A program made the translations under genes and the position numbers. The notes below the pieces were generated by a model that saw nothing but the letters and a program-made list of their open reading frames with translations, was not told the origin of the DNA and did not search any database. Below, one piece after another: positions 1 through 10,701 of a stretch of DNA of 42,185 bases; position 1 is the first letter of the stretch; each line of letters opens with the position of its first letter. The DNA is from Phoronis australis. Lineage: Eukaryota; Animalia; Phoronida. The stretch covers positions 296,170 through 338,354 of the forward strand of contig NMRA01000352.1 of assembly GCA_002633005.1 (NCBI GenBank), written 5' to 3'.

Positions 1-9
1 GGGGAGGGG

Positions 10-2226
10 GGGGTCGGAGCGATCAGTTTATAGGGTACACATTTATGAGGTACGAATACAATAGTGGGGTCATAGTAGGGAATTGCCCTCAAAGAAGAGA
101 CTCTTAAGCTTTGGGCACAACTTGCCATTTGTCCTACAATATTGAAACAGGTCATGGAGAGATGAAGAGCGGTAACATTAGATCTGGTACTGAAACCTTA
201 CACAAAGAAGAAAAAAGGAAATCTTGATGCACATGCCCAGGATATTACACGAATCTGTCAAAAGTAGATAGCAGCATCGATCTATTGGATCCCAAGGTCC
301 ATCCCAAAGACGCAGCAATAAACATTATCAGTGACAGGATTGCTGCTCCAACAGTTAATGTGCATGAAACAATAAGGATTGGACAGGAAATATTATCAGA
401 CTTCGAGAAGGGTAAGCAGTACGTAAGGAACACAAGTATGTAATCACTGATGAAGATCCCTGTTCCCTAATATAGTACAAGGACATTGGCAGCAGGCTAT
501 CTGTAGTCATCTCACGAAGAAGCCGGTTCCATTATTGTGCAACAGGAATTGAAATGTGCATGCGAACTCAACAAATTTTAAATTGTCTAGGATGATAAAA
601 ATGTATCTATGCTTCGTGTGCATTACTATGACAAGGAACAGCTTCAAATACCACAACCATAAAATCCCCTAGTTAGCGTAGAACAGTCGTAGACATTTAG
701 TTGACAGTGGAAACACGCAGTGATATTGTGAAGGTCTCCTCCCTGCTCATGCGCTGTATGGTTGTAACACGGTGGCGTGCTACTATGGAGTTGGAACCGG
801 ATCCATCCTTAAAACAGTGAAGGCTGGACATGACCTGTCCGCCATCGGCACAATTAATGCACATTTTTCTGATGTCATAAAACATCTAGGCCACTAAATG
901 TATGTGTGCTTGTTATGGAATGAAGAGAATCAGAAAGATGTCAGGAACCAGACTGCTAGTATGGGGAATAAAAACGGCAAGGGATATTTGTCCGCCCCCA
1001 AACTGTCACCGACAACAAAGGTTTCACGGAGAATGTATACGTAAACGGAGCCCATTACCAGTCTGTCATGTGGTGGAATGTCACCAGCACTAGATCCTGA
1101 GGACTATAGATGGAAGAAAGATGCCATAATCACTCTCACGATCTATAATTCGGCATGGTGTCCAAATCGCCGCTATGGCATTCTGGTGATGATTAAGTGT
1201 GGCTGCAAAGGTTAGATTCCATGAAGTTCAAGCAGATACTGTTGCAGCGTCAATTTTCTACTCCGCACAATATTTTGGGCATGTTAGTGTGCTCATGTTC
1301 TGAGTGTTGAATTAGCATTTGAAAAATCTTGTGATTGTTCTCCATACGATAGGTTATTGTCCTGGGTTTATGCAATTAAACAATTTGGCCATCTACTAGA
1401 TCTAAACTGGGTATCAGACAAAATTGTAATTTGTAATGTAGCGAAATAGATTACAGATATTTTATGTTTACGATGTAATGACAGATTACATTAAATTCAT
1501 CCGTAAAAATACCAAAATAATCTACATGTAGAGTCCCCCGTAAGAAAGTTACAAGCATAAACAGAATTTATGACAATGGCCTCCCTTATTTGAATGAATT
1601 ATGCAAATTTATCATGCAACTTGCAAACTGATTTCATTAACATAATTGACTATAGGAGCATAGAATCAAATATCATGAGAGTTTACCTGTGGTGCTTTGT
1701 ATCGCAGCTATAAGCACAAGTAGAATTATGAATTATGTCGCTATTAATTTGCATTAATTATGCAAATCTGCATTATTTATAAAAATTTATGATGCAGCAA
1801 CGTGCAAACTGTTTTTATTAAGCTAAATCACTATAAGAATATAGGTGCAAATATCATGATAGTTCATCTGTGGTGGCTGGTACCTTAGCTATGAAAAAAA
1901 GAAGAATTTTGAAAAATGGCGGCCTTAATTTGCATAAATTATGCAAATTGCCAATGTATCCACCAAGAAATTCCACTATGAAATTCCCTGATCATGGGAA
2001 CATGGGTGAAAACGTCACCATGGTCTGCCTGAAGTGCTTGGTAAGGAAATTACAAGCAAAAATAAAATTTTGCATAATGGCGACCTTAATTTGCATTTTT
2101 AAAAAATGCTCAAAGATAGCGAATAATCACCCCCCTAAATCATGGTTACTTAACCCTAGGATACAAACAGCAAAGAAAAAAAAATTATCCGACAAGTCCA
2201 CGTTCAGCCCCCTGGCTCCCGGACTA
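10..2226 (+). mobile_element. Decayed Academ-type DNA transposon, 3' part (XPG/FEN1-like domain, Cys-rich tail, subterminal repeats, terminus)
   Basis: Frameshifted remnants SHEEA..IIVQQ (about 510-545), GLLPAHALYGCNTVACYYGVG (about 733-795, H3TH-like HALxGCDT motif), CACYG, LDPEDY.W and MIKCGCKG...C (about 1189). Repeats of about 160-180 bp lie at 1570-2100, and the element ends ...CTCCCGGACTA (2226), the TAG..CTA type terminus. Confidence 0.7.
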
Positions 2227-2428
2227 AAGTTGGCATTTCAGGGCTAGAGTTCTATGGTTAATTATACTCTTGATATTCACAATTTCAGATGCACTTTTGG
2301 AATGTATGTGCTTACTTTTCACAGACAAAACACTGATGAATGTAAAATTGTATAGTTACCTGTTCGCCACAAGACTTGCTATGTCGAAATTCCTAAAAAC
2401 GGAAACAATGACAATGAGTAAAGAAAAA

Positions 2429-2434
2429 TTTATT
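2429..2434 (-). terminator. Candidate polyadenylation signal of the double-Got1 gene
   Basis: AATAAA on the minus strand about 850 nt after the predicted stop. Confidence 0.25.
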
Positions 2435-3276
2435 AAGATCTAGTTGACGGTGCGTTGGACTGGGCGGGGTAATGAACTACAAATAACAAGGTACGCAAAT
2501 CTTTTATATGGGTTTCGCACAACTCCTCTTAAACCGCTTGCTGGTTGTTTGTGCTCCGCTGTGTCTTGAAGCTAACCGTTTCCTTCAAGCACCACAGTAA
2601 TTACCTTCTTAGTACTCTCTCCATATAGCTCTCCTCAATTCCCGATTTCTGAGATTTCCGTCGTTTCAATCGAGGACCGATGAATTTGTAAGCTGGCTTC
2701 TTATACATTTGACCCTTCGTAAAACTACAATTTTTATAAGGTACAATACTTTATGCGCAAGGGGCCCACGTCACAAAAGGCAGTCCTACAAATGGGTTGA
2801 AAATAACACAATATGGGATGTTGCGTTGTGCCGACTTGCATCAGTATTGGTACCTAACTTGCATGCAGTACTCATGACCTGTAAGCAGGCACTGCCGGTA
2901 TAAAAATACGATTTGACAGATAGGAAAGCCTAAATACTGACATCAATGAGAAGATGGGATTTGAATGTGACTGGCTCACTTTTTCGTCCAAGTAAAAAAT
3001 CATGGCATTTTTATCTCGCTCATTACGCAGGCACATCACGTCCATCAGTACACGATTTTCAAGCAAAGAATTCCAACTATCTTGGTATCATTTATACGTT
3101 GCCACGATTTTAGAGCAATTAAACGTACATGTAACTTATTGAACACCAAGAATATCCAAGGAGATTCCATGTGTGAGTGGTGCTCCTTTAAAATACCATT
3201 TTAGCACTTACAACACCATACAGATATTACAAACGGGAAAGAAGGAAAGACACCTTTGGAAATAACATTTAATCAC

Positions 3277-3334
3277 TCACTGGGGTGGTTGCTCGTCTTC
3301 TGCGTTTCTCCCTGAGGCGGCGTTTTCAATGTTT
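3277..3334 (-). CDS. Double-Got1 gene, putative terminal exon (NIENAASGRNAEDEQPPQ*)
   Basis: Strong acceptor tttcactttgctttatttccAG, phase 2. TGA at 3279-3277; a GTGAGT donor at 3280 is an alternative ending. Confidence 0.6.
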
Positions 3335-6300
3335 CTGGAAATAAAGCAAAGTGAAATCCCGTCTGCGACCATTCGCTCAGTCTTGATAAGCTGGGGAAGT
3401 TTAACGACAGCTGAACATTAAAGCGAATATTGTGCCCGGTTATGTCCACGAAGAATATGTTCAAATCAAATGAAAGCGCTCTGAAGAGAGGGAAATGACA
3501 GAAGAATACCAGGTGCGACAACGACGCCCATTACATCACCGATGACATCGCCAGCAACGGTAAATGAGATGCAGATGTGTAGCATCAACGGCACCTAAAT
3601 TGCCAACAGCAATGCAGTCGCTGCCAATGGAAACTATGACGCATATAGCGAAGATGTGAATGACGATGACACTACAGCCAACGACATCAACTTCGACACA
3701 AACCCAGAAATTACTAATAGGAGAAGATGAAATAGATTATATAACGTTACACATTATTCTCCGAAATTTAATTTCAAAAGTTTTAGTGCACCGGAGGGAA
3801 AACGGAAAAAAAATGAAAAGACAAAAGGGGAAGAATAAGAAAAAACGGCGTGAAAAGGGGCGGGAAACAGAAAAACATGGGACGAAGCAAAAAGCTAAAA
3901 ATAACTGGAAAAGGGGGACACGAAAAAGGTAAAAACACGGGGGAAACGAGGCGAGGAAAAGTAGAGGTTAGAAAGACAAAATGTAAAGGAAAGCAGTATG
4001 GGAAAAAAAGAAAAAGGCGGTTAAAAAGGACAGAAACAAAAATGCGGGCAAAAAGACAAAAGGCAGGAAAAAGACAAAGAGAAAGGCGGCAAAACAGGGT
4101 GAGATAAAATGTCTGGGAAAACGGACAAGTCACCCACATGCGCTCAACTGACGTTCGCATCTAGACCTCTCTCCAAGAAGGTTTGGCTTGCTAGGTAAAG
4201 CTAACTTCAACTTTTGCTTTTATGTTTTCCTTACCTTTTAAAGAGGAAACACACGCTTGCCATCTGGATCATCATTCCAATCACCGAAAATTCGTGTATC
4301 ATCAGCAGTATTCCCAAAGTGACACCAACACATGCATCGGTATTTTCTGCTTTTAAAAGATGTCTCAACACCCTCTCTGTTTTCAAAGTAAATGCCACTC
4401 CAGTTAGGAGCAAAACCTGAAATGCATGCCAAATGATGTCGTGCGGATGCCGCAAGCTATTATTTAACTTGCGACATCCATGCGACGGGCGTAAGCGCGT
4501 CGCATGGTTATCGCCTATGGGGCACTACGATTGTTTTCCTTTGTTGTGTCTTTGTTGGATATAACAATGCAGGTCGCACGGATATCGTACCTTGGGCGCA
4601 CATCAGCTGGTTACCGATAAATGCTACCATTATCTTTATTATAAGAAAGAAAAACAAAGTGAACAATGGATACGCCTATCTATCGGTCTCTATGCGACGA
4701 GCTTGCTGCCTAGTTTCCCGTGTAGGATGCACATACATTAGCTAATTTTACAGCATTTCGACTAATAGTTGTGGAAAATATAAGGGATTGTTTTCAACGT
4801 TAATAGATTAGAGTCTTGCACTTGAAGTAATATTTCGAATGATGACGTCAGCCTAGAATTCTTGAGCGCCATTCAGCGACTGCTATGACTACCCAACCCG
4901 CAACATACCATCGTCGTTGTTTAGCCAGCTAAACAAGACGAAACGGAGTTTTATCGCACTTTTACCAACTTTATCTACTACAATTCAGCTACATTCACTA
5001 CATTCATTAAATTGTTGAAAAGACAAGAATTCTTAACGATCAACTCGTCTCGTCCACTGAATAGCAGTGATCAGTAAGTGGTCTTAGCTTACATTGCCTA
5101 TGGCCAGTAGTCCACGTGAAAGTAACGAGCCAATGAGTATCACTGCCAGTCCTAGAACTGTCACTGCCATTCCTCGAATCACCCCTGCAATAACATTAAT
5201 GCACAGGTGCGAATGTTGGTGACTTAGTCGATATTACAGCGATACTTCGAGTCATACAGCAATGGTTTGATTTTAGCAGTGTAATGGTGTGCACGTATTA
5301 ATGATGTGTGCTGACTGCCGAGAGTGACAAATGCATTTATTTCACGAAGAAACGGAACAGTTGGGACAAAAGGTATTGCATCTAGGGAAAATGTTATCAA
5401 TATAAAGTTCAGAAGGAATTACTGTTTTTTCTTTGATACCGCTGTGGCGACTTGGGATTTTCCCAGGTCGCCAGACAGAATATGAAGCCGCATTGGCGAG
5501 TTGCAAGTCGCCAAACCGAGCACTGGGGATGATTTGTGATCTTTCTCAATTTCTGAGCTTACGATTGTCTAAAAGGGCCGCGAACAGCGTCACCTCTTGC
5601 TAAACACTGTTATATCAGGCCAGAGCATAAAAATCTATTGTTCTACAAAAATGTTCTGCTTAAAATGCGGGCCTCTCGAAAATCAAATGCTTGACATAGA
5701 TCTCGTCACACAACAAAATGCAGTTGCCCCTTGACTGTCAAAGGATGAAAAAATTGGAGTAACGGTCCACGGCCTATCGAGCAACCCTTTTCAAATCCAA
5801 GTAATTAAACTAACAGGTATGTTTTGACCTATGAACTGTGACTTAAGACCATACTTACTTCGTCTGGGAGGACTGTTTATGGAGTTGATGTGGCCCTTGA
5901 TTTTGGCTCTGAAATAAGTGATTATAGCTGACTAAAGATAGATTTTATTGTCTTCGCGTAAAGACATGGTATACTGTGCTGTCGACGGTTTTGAACACTT
6001 TATATGCACGCCAGAAACTTCATGAGCTAAAACATAAAGAAAATTGGCCTTGAAAAGGTTTCTTGGTTTTGTCAAACCGATGAAGGTTTAAGCCCAAAAA
6101 AATGTTTATCCACCTATATAGGGTCGTCCTTTTGTACAGAAGAGAGAAAGCGCGTTGTTTTCATTGCCCTAGTTTTAGGATGGATGTCAGACACATTTGC
6201 ACAAGCCATAACGGAAACTGTCGAGGTGTGTGGCCATTGAAATATTACTGGTTTCAACCGTTTGAAGGTACCGGAATTGAAAGGTACCTTTAATAAAGGC

Positions 6301-9124
6301 ATTATTTTCGGTTCAAAACTTAACCATCTTGACTTATCCACTCGCACCGCGTTTTCTTCATTGTCCTCGAGTCGGGAAAGAGTTTATCAGTCAAGTTTAT
6401 CCAGCTTTCTCCCGTCGGAATTGTAGCTCACAGCACAGCAATGATACTTCGTTGGCATTAGGAGGACGAATAGTGTAATGCAGCCCAAAATGTGCAAAGA
6501 ATATTGGTACGACAGCAACAAAGAGCGTGTGAAACTCTAGTGGATCCGCGAAAAACGAAAGTGGCAGACGCACATTGCGGCGAGATTCGAGTGTCGCTTT
6601 ATAATCTGGGAGGGCACTATTGTATCAAAAACCTTATTTTTACCAGAAATGTAGTAACTACAACAATACTACTGTCCACGATTGTCAGCCGAAAACCCAC
6701 GTTGGTTCAGTCTCCACCTAACTGACCTGGAAGCACGAAAAATGTTACAGTCCGACTGACGAGGTCTAACGTGACTCAGGGACGAGTGATATTTAGCAAG
6801 CGTTCAACAACACTCGTCATTTGTGCTTGATACATGAAGAAGTTACACCTCCGTCTCCCGAAGACCTGCGTCAGTGGTCATGCCATGCTCACAGGACATT
6901 TCCTCTATACGCGCCGTAGCTCAGATTATCACCTCCTTCCTCGCCTTCACACGTTTTCATAAATTTATGGTACACGAAGAATTCAAGAGTCCTAGGCATG
7001 CTCATTTCGTGATATTTTTTGTTTTCGTGATTTGCCCATTCTGAATACAGCATAGCTCATTTTACTGGTTGTGGAACATCACAGAGTCAAGACACTGTTG
7101 GCTGGACATTTGATTCTGCACCTAGCATCCTTATTAACTCTATACAGTCCACTTCTAAATGCAAATCAACTAACAAGACAACTGCACAACTTACCTGCAT
7201 GAAATGTTGAGTCCACGCAAACCGAAGTAAATGCCAAACTCTACCCAATTCAAGAAAATCAATAACACGCCACCGACGCAGTACACGGAGGTTAAAATCT
7301 TATTCGTTGGACACAAAAGTTGAAAAGTAATCTCAGTGGCCATTGCAAATATAGTCCCAAGGTTAAGCAATATCTGAAACAAACGAACCTTAACTGACAA
7401 AAAATACTCAAACTTTCACATTTAAACAAAAGACAGAATAAGTTTATCTAACTTACAGTTCTGAATTTCTGATAAACCGCAAATAAGCTACAGAAAACAT
7501 CATTTTATCAGCTAGTTTAGCCCTGATTTCGACGGTATTGATCAATTGACGCCTTCACTGGAGTGTGTTCAGTGAGGAAAATTTTAAGCACTTAAAAGTG
7601 CTTAAGACGACCATTTACTTCATTTTGATTTTATGTTCCTACATTGCCAGCATCATTAAACTTTCCTATAGCACCACATAGGGGAGAGTGGGGTAAATCG
7701 GCACCCTAAACTTTAAAGATCCATTACCCAAAAATTATACAATTTATATACAATGAATTAATCATGTTCAAAGAGCTCACCTTGTAGTTTATAAAAAACT
7801 TAATTAGTAGAATTAAAATTGCATCGTCTTGGGTCAAGACAGATTTGACTTTTTAAGGGGTGCTGGGCCGTTTTACCCTACCTTGCGGTTAAGACGGTCA
7901 CTGCAGTTGGGTAAAACGGCCCTGCTACCTACGCTTTTAGCGAAATACACTGCAACTATGGGAAAACACTACCTCTAAGGACTTTCATGTCCAATCTGTG
8001 ACAAGGTTATGAGTTTTTAGTTGATTCCTGCCTTTAACTTGGGAGATTGGCGGCAATGATTGATTAGCAGGTCACAAAACGAGACTGGTTAAAATCATCA
8101 AAACAAGGTTTAGAATTCGTTTCAAATGTTGTCCGATAGTGATTGTAAGTGTTTCAAAACTCGACAGACAAAATTGGTGATTTTAAGCACTTCAATAATT
8201 TGGATAAATCTCATGAGGTTCTGTCCTACCAACAAAAAGAACAATGACTGCACTTGATTCACTTCGCCTGTTCCATAGGGTCAAGCGGTTAAGACACCTC
8301 ATGATTGCTTCTCGATGGCGATTTCCAACTTACAAAGCAATCAGATGTTTTAGTCGGTTGAGATCCACAATATGATGAAAAATTTTAATCTCTAAGCGTG
8401 TTGTTCAGGGCGTTAAGAAGTGAAGGAGTGTCAAAACATCCTTTTTTAACGGAGTTGGCCAGACCCCCCTCCTAAATTCGAACGTTCCAAGTCAATGGCA
8501 TTTATCTTCTTTTGAGGGGGTAAGAAACCCACTTCTATAACAGCAAAAGAACGTATGAGAGATTTGTACGGGAATTTTTTTGTGATTTCAATGATTTGGA
8601 TGAATTGCGCCTTTATACAGGAACATTTCATTCTTTTTTAAATGAAAAATGTTAACTTTTTATTACTAAGTCCATCTTTCCGGTGGCAATGAGCCACTGT
8701 GAACCATCGATTCTGTTTGTTTTTTCAATTTCGTACCAGGGTTTTTTCAAAGAGAAATTTTTACTTTTATCACTAATTAAAAATTTGCCTCCGAAACTTA
8801 TGGATTTTTTGGGTTTTGGTCCAACAAATGCTGAGTTTCTGTAGCATATTGATAAACACAGTCACAAGAGCGGTCGGTAGGAGTACTTACACATCCAGAT
8901 ATCTTTAAAAGGCTCATACACAGATAAATGGAGAGGAACATCCCATACATTGTGAACGCAAGACACGTAATAAACGATGCTGAAAAATAAATAAAATTGT
9001 ATAAAGTGAGATCAGTCGTACAGTAGTGAATAAGAACGAAAAACAAAAGTCGAAGTACATTTGAACCTGAAATGTGTACTCGTGGTCAGATTAAAAATAC
9101 AGACTTACTCCAAGGCTTGCCCAT
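3277..9124 (-). CDS. Divergent Got1-family paralog with two tandem Got1 modules (predicted about 8 TM, about 221 aa), 7 coding exons
   Basis: Exons 9109-9124, 8891-8979, 7195-7373, 5859-5908, 5093-5184, 4235-4416 and 3277-3334 are all GT-AG, phase-compatible and give 666 nt with no internal stop. Exon pairs of 89/179 nt and 92/182 nt mirror GOLT1 exons 2/3 (phases 1-0-2). One exon ends RGLLAIGN|GTAAG exactly like GOLT1 exon 2. The first and last exons are less certain. Confidence 0.8.
3795..4105. repeat. Purine-rich low-complexity tract (A/G runs)
   Basis: Degenerate GAAAA/GGAAA runs that explain three spurious Lys-rich or Phe-rich ORFs; intronic in the double-Got1 gene. Confidence 0.8.
4235..4416 (-). 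CDS. Double-Got1 gene, module 2, GOLT1 exon-3-like
   Basis: Acceptor gcatttcAG, VLLLTGVAFTLKTERVLR...LGILL....SVIGM..., donor AG|GTAAGG, 182 nt, phase 0->2. Confidence 0.85.
4460..4717. mobile_element. Short non-autonomous element with terminal hairpin (possibly Helentron/HINE-like)
   Basis: Hairpin CCATGCGACG-ggcGTAAgcg-CGTCGCATGG (4478-4507), a second ATGCGACG copy near 4692, and a ...CTAGTTT end. Confidence 0.3.
5093..5184 (-). CDS. Double-Got1 gene, module 2, GOLT1 exon-2-like
   Basis: Acceptor gttattgcAG, [30 protein letters not shown]|GTAAGC, 92 nt. Confidence 0.88.
5444..5525. mobile_element. hAT-like MITE terminus
   Basis: Repeated TGGCGA/TCGCCA subterminal motifs ending CGAGCACTG. 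Confidence 0.35.
5859..5908 (-). CDS. Double-Got1 gene, linker exon (AKIKGHINSINSPPRR)
   Basis: Acceptor cttatttcAG, donor GTAAGT, 50 nt, phase 2->1, exactly bridging the two modules. Confidence 0.7.
7195..7373 (-). CDS. Double-Got1 gene, module 1, GOLT1 exon-3-like
   Basis: Acceptor gtttgtttcAG, ILLNLGTIFAMATEITFQ...KI..S....GGVLLIFLNW...G, donor AG|GTAAGT, 179 nt, phase 0->2. Confidence 0.8.
7681..8300. mobile_element. Tc1/mariner-pogo-like terminal fragment
   Basis: TA|GGGGAGAGTGGGGTAAA terminus and internal GGTAAAACGG/CGGTTAAGAC repeats; partner TIR not found. Confidence 0.3.
8891..8979 (-). CDS. Double-Got1 gene, module 1, GOLT1 exon-2-like
   Basis: Acceptor ttatttatttttcAG, SFITCLAFTMYGMFLSIYLCMSLLKISGC, donor GTAAGT, phase 1->0. 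Confidence 0.72.
9109..9124 (-). CDS. Double-Got1 gene, putative first coding exon (MGKPW)
   Basis: ataATGG context (A at -3, G at +4), in-frame stop upstream, donor A|GTAAGT in phase 1 as the next exon requires. Confidence 0.55.
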
Positions 9125-9629
9125 TATCACAAGGGTTCATAACAGTAGGAATATTGTAGCAAAAGAATATTCCGTTCAAGCAGCCACAATATCGCGATCT
9201 CTGTATGCAAAAGCAGAACCATAGCTGCATGACGTCATTCACAGACGCAAAAGATTGGACTAAACCTATTCCAAATTTCCCTGCACAAAACATGTATATT
9301 GGCTGAAAATACTTGTTGATATATTATATGTTCACCATCGTCTAGGAGTTACTAACTTTTCCCCACATCGTCTGCTCAAGTTGCTTGTGTCTGGGAATGA
9401 CGCCATCAGTCAAACTCGAGACCCATTGATAGATGATGCATTCAGGTTACCCGAGCAACACTTCCTTCCCACAGACCAGATGAACCCCCAACTCACAAGC
9501 ATCGACCTTTAAACATGGATTTCCGGCCAAACGCCAGACACGGTGCTGGACTAACAAGAAAGGGATAGGATCAAAAACAATACTTAAAAAAAACGTCGCC
9601 AGGAAAACGAAATCAGTTACAAAAACCAA

Positions 9630-9740
9630 TTCTTACACGGGAAGGGGAAACCCCTCCCGACCTCCCCCCCACTCGGCACTACGCGCCTCGGATTCGCGCG
9701 AATCTCAAGCCCCCTTACTGAAACCGTAGATCTGCCACTG
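9630..9740. mobile_element. hAT-like MITE end
   Basis: C/G-rich GGGAAGGGGAAACCCCTCCC segment ending GTAGATCTGCCACTG (CAGTGGCRGATC-type TIR). Confidence 0.45.
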
Positions 9741-10565
9741 CGCACCCAATAAACCCGGAAACACGGCTCACTAGAGCTTCAATCTGGCACGGTGTAGATA
9801 CACCATGATGATACGAATAGCTGTCCGAGATATTGTTATACGTTTTACAATTGAGATGCTTTAGTCTAGGAAAACGGAATTCAGAGCACAATAACATCAA
9901 GGACAGCCTTGTGGTATGTCTTCATGTCGTTACAATTGTGTGTATGTTAATAAATTAAAATTAGTTTCAGGTGCTTCGTGCGAGGCCTGTAAACGTCTGG
10001 GGCAAAGGGTAACAGACCACGTGGCAAGGTTTTAAAACCAAACATTGAAGAAATCTGGCGATCTATAACCTCAACAGTTCTCTTAGGGCGTTGGGCCGGC
10101 TAGTAAGTAAAATTATCACCAAGTGGGACATTAGCAGTTAGTTTTTTCCAAAATGTCATCCGTGACCGATTAGTATACATGAAACAGTACCAATGGAAAC
10201 TCAACTACGTTCCCTCACTTTACCTTTACTTGTGACATTTTCTAATGACATATTTGAAACTGAACTCTTATTTCAATGAAAAGAAATTAAGGACTAAGTC
10301 ATTGATAATCGTTTCAGGAAAAGGTGCCTGACCGGCTAATTGGTCTAGTAGGTTTTAGTCTGTGTATCAAAGTAGAAACTTGACGTGGGGATGCTCATAA
10401 AGTAACATAAAAAGTCGACAAAAGCGTTGAAAATTTAGGGAACATAGTTGAGTCCCAATTGGGATTGTTTCAGTGCCACCGGCAGGTACTGGTTGTCTTC
10501 TTGATTGTAATTGTGTTTTATCCAACAAATTTCCATGACGATCCCTCGAGGAGCTAAGCAGATAG

Positions 10566-10701
10566 CAGTAGCGGACTTAGAGGGGAACATAAAATTCTCC
10601 CATATTCCAGTTGGCAGTTCGGGGGTGCGAATGTCTGACGGGCAAAATCCTGACTAAAATTCCCCCTGCCCCCCCAACTCAAAATCCTGGATCCGTCCCT
10701 A
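10566..10701. mobile_element. Degenerate hAT-like MITE
   Basis: CAGTAGCGGACTTAG ... CCTGGATCCGTCCCTA imperfect TIRs; no TSD seen. Confidence 0.4.

Noticed and set aside
1870-2247. 125-aa ORF
   Set aside because: Lies in transposon subterminal repeats and has no recognisable motifs
3660-4160. Lys/Arg-rich and Phe-rich ORFs on both strands
   Set aside because: By-products of the purine-rich low-complexity tract
4238-4432. Alternative frame GFAPNWSGIYF... of the 182-nt exon
   Set aside because: Stops before the donor and is out of phase with the neighbouring exons; the other frame is Got1-like
6745-6790. CTGACGAGGTC...GAC hammerhead-like motif
   Set aside because: No GAAA follows stem II
9105-9293. 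Cys-rich ORF as a full coding exon of the double-Got1 gene
   Set aside because: Ends in phase 2 while the next exon needs phase 1; only the MGKPW frame fits, so the rest is treated as 5' UTR
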